From: Nanobdellati archaeon
GTDB lineage: Archaea; Nanobdellota; Nanobdellia; Woesearchaeales; JAADFO01
Direction of reading: 5' to 3'
Length of the DNA: 55,942 nucleotides
NCBI GenBank assembly: GCA_013152815.1
Contig: JAADFO010000044.1
Span: 1-55,942, forward strand
Below, piece by piece: positions 37,787 to 47,890 of the stretch. The notes beneath the pieces were generated by a model. The model had not been told where the DNA came from. It searched no databases and worked only from the letters and a program-made list of their open reading frames with translations. Positions within the stretch are counted from its first letter, which is position 1. Every line of letters begins with the position of its first letter. Position numbers and translations under genes: made by a program.

Positions 37787-38766
37787 GGAAGAAGGGGATA
37801 TTCTTCACCATCATGGCCTTCTTCTTCCTGGGGCTCCTTCTGCTCTATTTCTTCAACCAGCAGCCCGTCCAGATCAGGAAAGCCATCAGCGGAGCAGGGA
37901 AATCGTCGGTCAAGACCCGCATCATCCTGCTCAATGACCATGTGAAGAATCTCGACGAGAGTCTTCTTACCAGGGCCCTGCGGGTGAGCGGAAAGGCAGC
38001 GATGCTCTCTCTCATGGATGATGCTGTCCGGAAAGACAGCTATGTCGTGGACCTGAACCGTTCTTTCACCGAGATCCTCCGCAACGGCACGATCAATGGC
38101 ATCGACCTCACCACTGAGGGCATATTCTACATGGTCAACAACACCTTCGACCAGCATATCAGGGACATCATCAATGCCACCAATGGATTCCTCAATGTGC
38201 AGAGCGATGTTTCCATAGGAAAGGTCTGGCTCTTCCAGGACAACGATACCGGGCCCTGGCAGTACGGGATCATGGTCGACATCAGCTACTGGCTCCGTGA
38301 CGATACCGCCTCCTGGAACTACACCCGGCCCATACTGGTCGCTGAAGACATCCTCGGCTTCCATGACCTTCCCTACCGTCTCGAGCTCAGCTCCAACCGG
38401 AGCATCACCAAGACCAACATCACCTCCTGGAACGTGAACGAGACCAGAGCGTTCATCGGGCAACGCTCCTTCAGGTCAGAGGAGCAGGCGCCATCGTTCC
38501 TCATGCGGCTCAGCGGACAGGCCAACAGCTCGTCCTGCTGCGGCATCGAATCGCTCGTGCCTCCAAATACGCCGCTGGAGAAGAACATGAGCTATGTGGA
38601 CTATTGCTATTTCTTCGAGAGCTGCCCTGGTTCGACCATCACCGGCAACTACAGCCTCTACAATGTCACCTCCATCACCAACAGCAGCTACCATTTCCTC
38701 CTGGAACCGTATCACATATCCCTGGAGAGGTATAATGTGTCTGCCTACGCCTATTCCTGGCGTTGA
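37777..38766 (+). CDS. Large class III signal-peptide pilin-like protein
   Basis: KKG|IFFTIMAFFFLGLLLLYF; many N-x-S/T sequons; SSCCGIES. Confidence 0.85.
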   Translation: MALGKKGIFFTIMAFFFLGLLLLYFFNQQPVQIRKAISGAGKSSVKTRIILLNDHVKNLDESLLTRALRVSGKAAMLSLMDDAVRKDSYVVDLNRSFTEILRNGTINGIDLTTEGIFYMVNNTFDQHIRDIINATNGFLNVQSDVSIGKVWLFQDNDTGPWQYGIMVDISYWLRDDTASWNYTRPILVAEDILGFHDLPYRLELSSNRSITKTNITSWNVNETRAFIGQRSFRSEEQAPSFLMRLSGQANSSSCCGIESLVPPNTPLEKNMSYVDYCYFFESCPGSTITGNYSLYNVTSITNSSYHFLLEPYHISLERYNVSAYAYSWR

Positions 38767-38822
38767 GCCACTCTCCAGGACGAGCAAACCTTTAAATATC
38801 ACCGATGCGAAAGAGGCTACAG

Positions 38823-41519
38823 ATGGAAAAAAAAGAGGAAACCATCACTACGGTAGTTGATGCTCTAGTTTCTTTAGTGCGTAATAGGAAGCGCATATCC
38901 TTCGATGATGCGGCCAAGTCCCTGAAGATACCGGTCAAGACCATCGAATCCTGGGCCACTTTCCTCGAGGAGGAAGGTGAACTGAGCGTCGAATACAAGT
39001 TCACCACTCCTTTCCTTGTGAACAAGAGTTCTCTGGTCAAGGGCATGGTCGAAGAGGAATCCTCGCTCACCGATAGGCTGATGACGCTCAGCCAGCTTCT
39101 TGAACAGGCCGACGCTCATCTGAAGAACAGCAGGTTCTCCGCAGCAGAGGTCGTCTATGGCAAGATACTGGAAGCGGCCCTGCGGCTCTTCCAGGAGCTG
39201 AAGAAGGACCGCAAGGACGAACGGCCCTTTGAGGACCAGGACATCGATTTCAAGCTCAAGGAGCTCGGTGATTATATCAGCAAGGCAAAGGATGCCCTTG
39301 CCCAGAATGCCATGGCAGATACCAAGACGCTCTACGCCCAGATCCGGGAGAAGACAAAGCTCTTGCATAGCAAGTTCCAGGAGATGTCCGGGCTGGTGCC
39401 GGTCTCTCCCAAAAAGAAGTTCAAGGCGCTTCCCAAGCGCAATTATGATACCATCACTGAGGTCGATGTCCTGCTCAAGGAGGCCTACGACAATATGCGT
39501 GCAGGAAATTTCGACACGGCCAACAGGATATATCAACGCATAAATCGCATCTACGAACAGCTCCCCACCGAATATCATCAGAAGAAGAACGCCCTGAAGA
39601 CCGACATCGTGAAACTGAACCGTGACCTCACCGTCAACCTCAAGGAGAACTTCCGTATCCGCATCAACGATGCCCTCAAAAGGGTCGATGAGCTCGTGCA
39701 TCTCATCAACCGTTCTCTTTCCCGGGCAGATTTCGAGACCGCCGAGGCCATCATAAAGAACATGAACCGTCTCTACAACAGGCTTCCTGAAGGATTCCTG
39801 GAGGAACGTATCCTCATCCGCGAGAAGATCCTGAAAGCCCATGAACAGTTCATCGAGATGAAGAAACAGTCCCTCAAACAGAAGACCGCGTCCATGGAAG
39901 GTGAGATGAAGCGTCTTCTCTCTCAATTGGACAAGGCATTGAAAGAGAAGCATCACCGCATGGCAGAGACCCTCTATGAACAGGTCAATGCGCTCTTCAA
40001 GAGGCTGCCGCCCGGTTTCATGCTCGAGGATGATAAGCTCGAGGACCTGCTTATCGATCGCTACCGGAATCTTCTGCGGCTCCGGGAAGCCACCAACAAA
40101 TCAGACCTGAAAGAGAAGACAAGACAGATAGGCGATTGCATCGCCAGGAGCCGTGGACATCTCGGCAAGAACCTGGACCTGGAGGCTGCCATCGCCGCCT
40201 ACAATGATGCGAAGAAGGTCTACGGTGCCTTGCCTGCCGGCTTCCTCGAACAGACATCCGCCCTGCAGGAGGACATCCTTCGCCTCAACGAGGAGATCCT
40301 CCTGAAACAGCGGGAGTATCACAAGACCGCCTTCGGAGAGATGGCGAACACCATCGACGCGTTGCTGGAAAAGATACGCAAGTATCTCAAAGCTGACCAG
40401 GTTGACCTGGCGAACGAGCTTTTCATGGAGATCGAGGACCATTTCAACAGGCTGCCTCCCGGATTCCTCCATGAGAAGACCAAGATCCACAAGCGCATCA
40501 TCGAAGAATACAAGAACATGATGATGAAAAGTGACTGGTCGCTCCTGGAGCATGAGACCAAGGATGTCAAGAAGCAGTACAACGACCTCATAAAGCTCAT
40601 CATCCAGATCCATGTCCACCTTGAGCGGGAGGAGTTCAACCTCCTCGAGCCCAACCATGCCTATGTGAAGAAGATCTTCAATGAACTTCCCCACGGTCTT
40701 GTCATGCAGAACATCCGCATACGGAAAGAGATCGACAATCTGGATGCCATGGTGATGCTCTACCGTCTCATGAAGGAGCAGGAGAAGCTCAAAGGCAGAA
40801 GGATCTCAGCACCCAAGCTCCATGAAGCAAGGAAACTCATCGATCTCCTCTCCAGGGTGTCTCCCCAGTCTTTCAGGCTTGTCAGGAGTGCACGATCGCT
40901 CCTGTTCGGCGAGACAGAGGATATACACGCTCTTTCCAACATGGCAGCCCCCTCCCTGCTGGCACCGGCCCCTCCGCCGATGGACATGGAGCGAACAAGG
41001 CAGGCTCCGCTTTCCCACGAGGCGAAGATGGACGCCCTGAAAGAGATATCGAAAGAACATCTGCAGGGGGACCGCTATTCCATCTTCCAGAAGCTGGAGA
41101 ATTTCGGCCATGAGACCCATGCAAAAGACCTTCACCTGAAGGCTATCCTCGTCCAGAAAGGGCGGGAAGCGGCCAATCTCCTGAGGACCAAGAGAGATAT
41201 CATGGGGGCACTGAGGAAGGTCGAGGAGATCCTTGGCTACCAGCCGGACCATCCTGCTGCATTGCAGCTCAAGGAGAAGCTCGAGAACCTCTCCCTGAAG
41301 ATGCTTCCTCGCCCGCAAAAGACCGCCCGGGAACATTCCTCGGGAAAAGCCAGAGAGGCCCGTTACCATGGCCTGCTCAATGAGGCCCTTTTGCTGATAC
41401 AGGAAAAGCGGCTTGATAAGGCCATGGAAATGCTCAACGAGGCACGTTCCCTGAATCCCAATCCAAAGATAAGAAGGATCATCGAGAATCTTAGCCATAC
41501 CCTGGCCCATGCTCCATGA
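38823..41519 (+). CDS. Large alpha-helical repeat protein: HTH-like N-terminus, six ~74-aa repeats, TPR-like C-terminus (start 38823 or 38805)
   Basis: ISFDDAAKSLKIPVKTIESWATFLEEEG; recurring (Y/F)xxLPxGF motif every 222-234 nt. Confidence 0.85.
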   Translation: MEKKEETITTVVDALVSLVRNRKRISFDDAAKSLKIPVKTIESWATFLEEEGELSVEYKFTTPFLVNKSSLVKGMVEEESSLTDRLMTLSQLLEQADAHLKNSRFSAAEVVYGKILEAALRLFQELKKDRKDERPFEDQDIDFKLKELGDYISKAKDALAQNAMADTKTLYAQIREKTKLLHSKFQEMSGLVPVSPKKKFKALPKRNYDTITEVDVLLKEAYDNMRAGNFDTANRIYQRINRIYEQLPTEYHQKKNALKTDIVKLNRDLTVNLKENFRIRINDALKRVDELVHLINRSLSRADFETAEAIIKNMNRLYNRLPEGFLEERILIREKILKAHEQFIEMKKQSLKQKTASMEGEMKRLLSQLDKALKEKHHRMAETLYEQVNALFKRLPPGFMLEDDKLEDLLIDRYRNLLRLREATNKSDLKEKTRQIGDCIARSRGHLGKNLDLEAAIAAYNDAKKVYGALPAGFLEQTSALQEDILRLNEEILLKQREYHKTAFGEMANTIDALLEKIRKYLKADQVDLANELFMEIEDHFNRLPPGFLHEKTKIHKRIIEEYKNMMMKSDWSLLEHETKDVKKQYNDLIKLIIQIHVHLEREEFNLLEPNHAYVKKIFNELPHGLVMQNIRIRKEIDNLDAMVMLYRLMKEQEKLKGRRISAPKLHEARKLIDLLSRVSPQSFRLVRSARSLLFGETEDIHALSNMAAPSLLAPAPPPMDMERTRQAPLSHEAKMDALKEISKEHLQGDRYSIFQKLENFGHETHAKDLHLKAILVQKGREAANLLRTKRDIMGALRKVEEILGYQPDHPAALQLKEKLENLSLKMLPRPQKTAREHSSGKAREARYHGLLNEALLLIQEKRLDKAMEMLNEARSLNPNPKIRRIIENLSHTLAHAP

Positions 41520-41603
41520 TGGTACGCTCTCCGAGATGTGGAAAGCAGGGGAAAGGTCCGGCCCGATGGTCTGATGTTTGAATGTTTTGGAACCGTTTTG
41601 ACG

Positions 41604-43064
41604 ATGGCACAGACAGGAACTATCCCTCTCGACTCGTACAAGATAACGATAGAGAACGAGATCATCGACATAGACATCTATAGGGATGCCCTGGGCTATG
41701 CGCACTACGACATCTCGGTCCGCAATATATCCAAGCACACCAACATCATCCTCCGGAAGATACGTGAAGAGTTCATCTCTGACATCAACATCACCGATAT
41801 AGCGGTCACCGACAGCGGCAAGTCAGAATCGATAAAGAGCCGTTTCAAGAAAGAGATCCTTGTCCTCATCAAGAAGTACTTTCCCAATACCGATGCCAGG
41901 ACCTCTGATCTTCTGGTCAACGAGCTCATCAGGCAGAACATAGGGCTGGGGGATATCGAGATCCTGCTTCTGGATGATTATCTGGAAGAGATCGTGCAGA
42001 ATTCTGCAAAGCATCCCATATTCGTCTACCACAAGAAATATGGGTGGCTCAAGACGAATATCTTCATCCCCAACGAGGCGAAGACGAGACATTATTCCAC
42101 CATGATAGGCAGGGACATCGGCAAAGAGATAACCCTCCTCAAGCCGCTCATGGACGCCCATCTCCTGACAGGGGACCGGGTCAATGCCACCCTCTCTCCC
42201 ATCTCTTCGGAAGGCAATACCATCACCATCAGGAAATTCTCAAAGAAGCCCTGGACCATCACCGACCTGATACTCAACGGCACCATCTCCTATGAGGCTG
42301 CAGCCATCATCTGGTTCGCCGTGGAGTTTGAACTCTCCATCCTCATCTCCGGCGGGACGGGCTCGGGAAAGACCTCCATGCTCAATGTGGTCGCGTCCTT
42401 CATCCCCATCAACCAACGCATCATCTCCATCGAGGATACCCGTGAGATCACCCTGCCCGACGAGCTCCATTGGGTTCCCATGGAGACGCGTCTCGCCAAT
42501 CCTGAAGGCAAGGGCGAGATCACCATGCTCGACCTGGTCATCAACTCCCTCCGCATGCGTCCTGACCGGATCATCATGGGAGAGATCAGACGCAAACGGG
42601 AGGCAGAGGTCCTTTTTGAGGCGATGCATACCGGCCATTCCGTCTATTCGACCCTCCATGCGAACAATGTCAAGGAGACCTTCCATCGCCTGACCAATCC
42701 TCCCATCGACATCGCCAAGCCGTTGCTCAGCGCCATATCCTTGATCCTCGTCCAGAACAGGAACCGGAGGACCGGCCAGAGGAGGACACTTGAACTTGCC
42801 CAGGTGCTGCCGGACGGGACCCCGGACACGTTCATGTCCTACGATGTGAAGACCGACACGCTCAGGCAGCTGAAGGAACCGACCCAGCTCTATGAGACCA
42901 TCAACCAGTACGCCGGCATGGATAAGGATGAGATCCTCAAGGATCTCGATGAGAAGGTGAAGCTCATCAAATACATGGTCAACAACAATATACGGGACAT
43001 CACCGATGTCGGGAACCTGATGCGCAGATATTACATCCAGCATCTCTCTTTGAACAATACCTGA
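41604..43064 (+). CDS. Type IV pilus assembly ATPase (CpaF/VirB11/ArlI superfamily; start revised)
   Basis: TITIRKF, GGTGSGKT, SIEDTRE, LRMRPDRIIMGEIR, AMHTGH, STLHAN. Confidence 0.95.
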   Translation: MAQTGTIPLDSYKITIENEIIDIDIYRDALGYAHYDISVRNISKHTNIILRKIREEFISDINITDIAVTDSGKSESIKSRFKKEILVLIKKYFPNTDARTSDLLVNELIRQNIGLGDIEILLLDDYLEEIVQNSAKHPIFVYHKKYGWLKTNIFIPNEAKTRHYSTMIGRDIGKEITLLKPLMDAHLLTGDRVNATLSPISSEGNTITIRKFSKKPWTITDLILNGTISYEAAAIIWFAVEFELSILISGGTGSGKTSMLNVVASFIPINQRIISIEDTREITLPDELHWVPMETRLANPEGKGEITMLDLVINSLRMRPDRIIMGEIRRKREAEVLFEAMHTGHSVYSTLHANNVKETFHRLTNPPIDIAKPLLSAISLILVQNRNRRTGQRRTLELAQVLPDGTPDTFMSYDVKTDTLRQLKEPTQLYETINQYAGMDKDEILKDLDEKVKLIKYMVNNNIRDITDVGNLMRRYYIQHLSLNNT

Positions 43065-43109
43065 GCTCATACCTGACCCCATACTCGACGCTCTAGCGCA
43101 AGAGGCACC

Positions 43110-43922
43110 ATGATAAATGTACCCTATCTCCTGCTACGGAAGTTCCCTCAGCTGAAGGCGAACATCATCAAGGCAAGGGTGAAAGAGTCCCCTGAATTCT
43201 TTATCCGCCGCAGCATCAATCTCGCGTTCTATCTCTCGGTGGGTCTCACCATCCTGGTCTTCTTCGTCATCAGCAAGGCCGGAAAATCTCTTCTGTTGCT
43301 TCTTCCTGTGTTTCTTGTCCTTCTCTCCCTTTCACTCCTGTTCTGGTTGAACTCTCCGAAGGGCATCATCAGGAAAAGGGAGCGGGAGATCAACAAGGAG
43401 GTCCTTTTCGCAGGAAGGTATCTTCTGGTCAAGCTCGAGAGCGGAGCGCCGCTGTTCAATGCGCTCATCGACGCATCAAAAAGCTATGGCATCTCGGCAA
43501 AATATTTCAAGGAGATAACCGATGACATCAATCTCGGGACCCCCATCGAGATCGCTCTGGTGAATGCCCGTGAATACGCGTCCTCTGAGAAGTTCAAGCT
43601 CATCCTCTCTGAACTGGTGACGTCGCTCAAGACCGGTGCCGACGTGGTCCCCTCCCTGAAAGAAGTGCTTGCGCAGATCACCAAGGAGCAGCTCATCGAG
43701 ATAAAGACCTATGGGAAGCGGCTGAATGCAGTGATGATGATGTACCTCATCTTTGCGACCGTCATCCCTTCTTTGGGCATGACCATGTTCACGGTGATTG
43801 CGGGTTTCATCTCCATCCAGGTGACGCCCGTTCTCATCATCCTGGCCATCTCTTTCCTGGTCATCATCCAGCTCTCCTTCATCATGATCTTCAAGTCCAT
43901 ACGGCCCATGGTGAACCTATGA
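43110..43922 (+). CDS. TadC / T2SS-F-like pilus platform membrane protein
   Basis: TM pair, LESGAPL..AL / GTPIEIAL helical domain; follows the ATPase. Confidence 0.88.
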   Translation: MINVPYLLLRKFPQLKANIIKARVKESPEFFIRRSINLAFYLSVGLTILVFFVISKAGKSLLLLLPVFLVLLSLSLLFWLNSPKGIIRKREREINKEVLFAGRYLLVKLESGAPLFNALIDASKSYGISAKYFKEITDDINLGTPIEIALVNAREYASSEKFKLILSELVTSLKTGADVVPSLKEVLAQITKEQLIEIKTYGKRLNAVMMMYLIFATVIPSLGMTMFTVIAGFISIQVTPVLIILAISFLVIIQLSFIMIFKSIRPMVNL

Positions 43923-44950
43923 GACTCAACGTCGTCCTGCTGGAGGAGTTCGGGAAGGCCTTCGTCCCTAAACGGTTCAGGCCTTATATGAGAAAATATT
44001 TCCTGAAGGCGGGGATCAACAAGGTACCTTACAACCTCTTCGGGAGCCTCTTCTATCTGACCATCTTCCTCACCGGCTTCATCTATGTCAGCTTCATCTA
44101 TCCTCTGCTCATCAAGAGCCAGGTCAATGTCATCATCTTTCTCCTGACGACCTTTTTCCTCTGGGCAGGCATCCAGCTCTCCCTCGCGGTGGTCTTTATG
44201 CTGCTGATCTACAGCTATCTGGACCAGCGTGTCTACCGGAGGACCAAGAACCTGGAGACGGTGCTCCAGGACTTTCTCCGCTATGTCTCAGAGAACCTCA
44301 AAGGCGGCATGAGTTTCGAACGTGCGCTATGGGATGCCATCCGTCCGAAATTCGGCGTCCTCGCAAGCGAGATACGCCTCGCTGCGAAGCGGGTCATGAC
44401 CGGGCAGGACGTGGACAAGGCGCTCACCGAGTTCACCGAGAAATATCAGAGTCCCATGCTCAAGAGGACGTTCAATCTCATCGTGGAAGGGATGAAAGGC
44501 GGTGATGAGATAGCAGAGCTGATCGACAGGATAGAGAGCAACCTTCGGCAGACCAAGGAGCTCAAGGACGAGATCCAGGCGACGAACTCGACCTATGTCA
44601 TCTTCCTTTCCATCATAGCGACGGTCATCGCTCCTGGTCTTTTCGGCCTCTCCTACAATCTCCTGATCATCCTCAACAGCCTTTCCGGGAAGCTCGGCGC
44701 GGCAGGAAGCTCGGCCGCCCTGCCCCTGTCGATAAATTCATTGAGCGTCAGTCCGGAAAATTTCGCTACATTCACTGTCTACGCCATCCTCGTCACTTCC
44801 TTATTCTCCTCATTGATCATCTCCATCATCCGCTACGGCAACATGAGGCAGGGCATCAAATATGTCCCTTTCTACATGGGCATCTCGGTCCTGGTCTATT
44901 TCATCGTCCGTTACGGCCTGCAATCGGTCTTCGGCGGCATCATCACCTGA
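43919..44950 (+). CDS. TadC / T2SS-F-like pilus platform membrane protein
   Basis: LQDFLRYVSENLKGGMSFERAL, FGVLASEI; multiple TM segments. Confidence 0.9.
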   Translation: MRLNVVLLEEFGKAFVPKRFRPYMRKYFLKAGINKVPYNLFGSLFYLTIFLTGFIYVSFIYPLLIKSQVNVIIFLLTTFFLWAGIQLSLAVVFMLLIYSYLDQRVYRRTKNLETVLQDFLRYVSENLKGGMSFERALWDAIRPKFGVLASEIRLAAKRVMTGQDVDKALTEFTEKYQSPMLKRTFNLIVEGMKGGDEIAELIDRIESNLRQTKELKDEIQATNSTYVIFLSIIATVIAPGLFGLSYNLLIILNSLSGKLGAAGSSAALPLSINSLSVSPENFATFTVYAILVTSLFSSLIISIIRYGNMRQGIKYVPFYMGISVLVYFIVRYGLQSVFGGIIT

Positions 44951-45017
44951 GCTGTTCTCCTGCCTTCTTCTTCATGATGCGATACATTTATAAACGGGTC
45001 ATTGTTCCTGAGGTTCC

Positions 45018-45395
45018 ATGGCTGTAGCACAAGGAAGGCCGCGGCGGACTGCGACCGGCGGACGCTATAAGGACTATCGGAAGAAGAGGGACCATGAGAC
45101 TGGAAATGTCCCCGCCCTGACCAAATTAGGTCCTGTCCGGAAGAAGAATGTGCGCATGCGTGGCGGCCATGAAAAGAAAATCCTTCTGAGTGTAGAGGCA
45201 CTCAACCTCTTTGATCCAAAGACCAAGAAGGCCAGCAGGGCCATCATCAAGAACATCGTCGAGAACCCTGCCAATCGGCATTTCGTCCGAAGAAACATCA
45301 TCACAAAGGGAACGATTGTCGAGACAGACAAGGGCAAGGCCAAGATAACGAACAGACCTGGTCAGGAAGGGACGGTCAACGGTGTGCTCATTTAA
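45018..45395 (+). CDS. rps8e: 30S ribosomal protein eS8
   Basis: TGGR, RMRGG, NPANRHFVRRNIITKG, RPGQEGTVNGVL. Confidence 0.97.
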   Translation: MAVAQGRPRRTATGGRYKDYRKKRDHETGNVPALTKLGPVRKKNVRMRGGHEKKILLSVEALNLFDPKTKKASRAIIKNIVENPANRHFVRRNIITKGTIVETDKGKAKITNRPGQEGTVNGVLI

Positions 45396-45476
45396 GGATT
45401 CTCTTTTAAATGAAGATGCTCTTCAACCCATTTCTTTATAAATCATCCAGATTAGTGTCACCTTGTAGTAGTGTAA

Positions 45477-46583
45477 ATGAGAAAACTATTTAAACGCTGT
45501 GTTCATTGTTTATTCATGGTCCGGAAAAACCCTGAAGACCTGGATGATTTTTCCAAAGGTAATATTTTTCTTTTCAAGAGACCTCCCCGGAGAAAGGAGA
45601 AAGATATCGTTCCTGACAAGGAATACTTCGAGAAGCATGCAGATCTGTTTGACAAACTGATGGGAGCCGGTTCTGGATCACCATCCGCAGATGCTCCTGC
45701 AGGTTCACCGGACGGGTCTGTGGGCGGGTTGACCATCATCACGCCAAGGATGCGGGGGAGATTCGTGGAGCAGAAGGAGCATGCTCTCGATTATCTTTCT
45801 GATAACGTCGTCGCGAAACAGATCCATCGTGAGCATGACATGCTCCTGGTATCCACAGGCAAAGACGTGGACTATGCTCTCATCCCCTTTGTCCATCAGA
45901 GCGAGCTGGACATCATGGTGCCGAAGGATGCGACCCTGTTCGATGCCAGAGGACGACACATCAAAGCGTTGGGTTCTGCCCTTGAGGAGCGGATGGCCGA
46001 CTACAACAGCAGAGGGCTTTCTCCTGTCTTCCTCTTCCGGAGAGCGAAACTTGTCAGCGGGAGATATGACGGTCCCTTCGGAAGGAAAAAACGGGCATCG
46101 GTCCTCGACCCTGAACCGTCCAACAACAAGATCATCCTTACTGACCTGGAACTGGCTGTGGAGGAACTCATCCGCAGGGCAAGCCATAATGCAGGAAGGA
46201 ATGTCCTCCGCAATTTTCAGGAATACCGTCCTTCATTGACGTATCTCATCGATGATAAGAGGGGAAAGCTGCAGGTCTTCTACACGAGATCAGCGCTTTC
46301 CGGAAGAGACTATGCCTTTGATGACTGCCCTGTCTGCGCAAGACCGGAAGGGATGGACCATGGCGTCTGCAAGAAGGAGAAACCCTATCAGGAGATGGCC
46401 TGGAAACGGGATGAGGTGCGGGCAAGCAGGCTGTTCACCATCGTCAAAGAGAGGAAGCAGCGCAGGGAAGGACACGCTTCAGGAACCTATGGGGGGATCC
46501 GCCTGGTCCGCTCTGTACTCCAGGATAAACAGGAATCAGGAAGGACAGGGGATATCACCTATACGCTCGGTCTTGTCAGGTAA
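45477..46583 (+). CDS. Hypothetical protein (start 45477 or the downstream MVRKNP)
   Basis: Long ORF with AT-rich 5' region and a CPVC...HGVC motif. Confidence 0.75.
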   Translation: MRKLFKRCVHCLFMVRKNPEDLDDFSKGNIFLFKRPPRRKEKDIVPDKEYFEKHADLFDKLMGAGSGSPSADAPAGSPDGSVGGLTIITPRMRGRFVEQKEHALDYLSDNVVAKQIHREHDMLLVSTGKDVDYALIPFVHQSELDIMVPKDATLFDARGRHIKALGSALEERMADYNSRGLSPVFLFRRAKLVSGRYDGPFGRKKRASVLDPEPSNNKIILTDLELAVEELIRRASHNAGRNVLRNFQEYRPSLTYLIDDKRGKLQVFYTRSALSGRDYAFDDCPVCARPEGMDHGVCKKEKPYQEMAWKRDEVRASRLFTIVKERKQRREGHASGTYGGIRLVRSVLQDKQESGRTGDITYTLGLVR

Positions 46584-46652
46584 GGGGTCGGGCAAGGTGG
46601 TTGGTCCTTGCCTCTCTGTCTCTCTTTCTGCTTGGAAAGGCCAGGATGCCCC

Positions 46653-47723
46653 TCATGAGAATTCCCTGAGGACGACATGGCCGATGCGATTGTCTGCAAT
46701 CTTCAGATAGCCGGTCTTCCTGTTGAACCGGTCGATGACGCCAAGGGGAAGCGTGGTGACGAACTTTATCTTTGTCGCATCATGCCTCTGTTGGTTGATC
46801 TCGTGCAGGGGGACAGCATCCAATCTTCTGGTCTCCTTGTCGATGATGAACTGTCCTGGAACGTGGAGGTGAGAGCTGATGACCAGAATGTTCTTTTTGG
46901 AGGCCATAAGGATCTCGAGGAACGGCTCGACATTGCGCGCGAACATCCCCGATGAGAAGCTGGAATAGGCCAGCCTGCGGAAGATCTTTCCTTTCTGCAG
47001 CACCATCGATGCATGAGGGTCTCTGCTGAAGAACGGCGGGCAATGGAGGAAGAGGACGATCTGTCGCTCCCTGCTGTCCTGGAGCTCTTTCCGGAGATAG
47101 GCAAGTTGCTTATCCTGAAGGCCGTAGGACGGCGTCGAAAGGACATGCCGGATAATGGGCCAGTATTTAGGGTTGAAGAAGATTTCCGGCCGGGAGAAGG
47201 CATCTGGTCCTGTGCTGAGAAACAGGAGCCTTCTTCTGTCGAGCGTGACAGCATAGTCCTTCTGGAGGAATTGGCTCGACACCTTGTCATCCTTCTTGAG
47301 AAAAAGGTTTATGGAACGCAATTCATCGAACCATCGGAAACGATGGAACCCGAACCTTTTCCTGAAGCGCAGGCGTGTCGCTCTGCTGATGTTCACATGA
47401 TGGAGTCCGTAGAAGGAGAAGTTATAGGCAAATGACCTGAAATCATGGTTTCCCACATTGATATACGTCAAGCCATCGAATCGCGAGAGGATATCGTCTG
47501 CATAGTCCAGGTTCTTCTTGGCAGAGGGCCCATAGTCCGCGTAATGATAGTCGACGAGGTCACCGTTGATGATCAGGGCATCATCCTCCGTGAGGATGCG
47601 CATCATCTTCTGGAGCTGACCGTTGGGGTTGAGGAACCCAATCTCCTTCGGCAGGACCTTCGCTATCTTGTTCCATATCCTGGCCACATGCACATCACTG
47701 ATGACGACAAGGTTTTTCGGCAT
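46653..47723 (-). CDS. Calcineurin-like metallophosphoesterase
   Basis: SDVH, NGDLVD, GNHD, LHCP, SHLH motifs in order. Confidence 0.88.
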   Translation of the reverse strand: MPKNLVVISDVHVARIWNKIAKVLPKEIGFLNPNGQLQKMMRILTEDDALIINGDLVDYHYADYGPSAKKNLDYADDILSRFDGLTYINVGNHDFRSFAYNFSFYGLHHVNISRATRLRFRKRFGFHRFRWFDELRSINLFLKKDDKVSSQFLQKDYAVTLDRRRLLFLSTGPDAFSRPEIFFNPKYWPIIRHVLSTPSYGLQDKQLAYLRKELQDSRERQIVLFLHCPPFFSRDPHASMVLQKGKIFRRLAYSSFSSGMFARNVEPFLEILMASKKNILVISSHLHVPGQFIIDKETRRLDAVPLHEINQQRHDATKIKFVTTLPLGVIDRFNRKTGYLKIADNRIGHVVLREFS

Positions 47724-47890
47724 TCGTCCACCACGGGATCATTCTTCGTGTTCAGGTACAGCAGGATCTCCTACAGTCATCCTCTGCTTAAAAAATCTAC
47801 CTTTCAGAGGTCCACGAAAGACAGGATATCGTCAGAAAGTTTCCCGAAGGATGACAATGCATATGGTACATGCATAGGTGGGGGTTCTCA

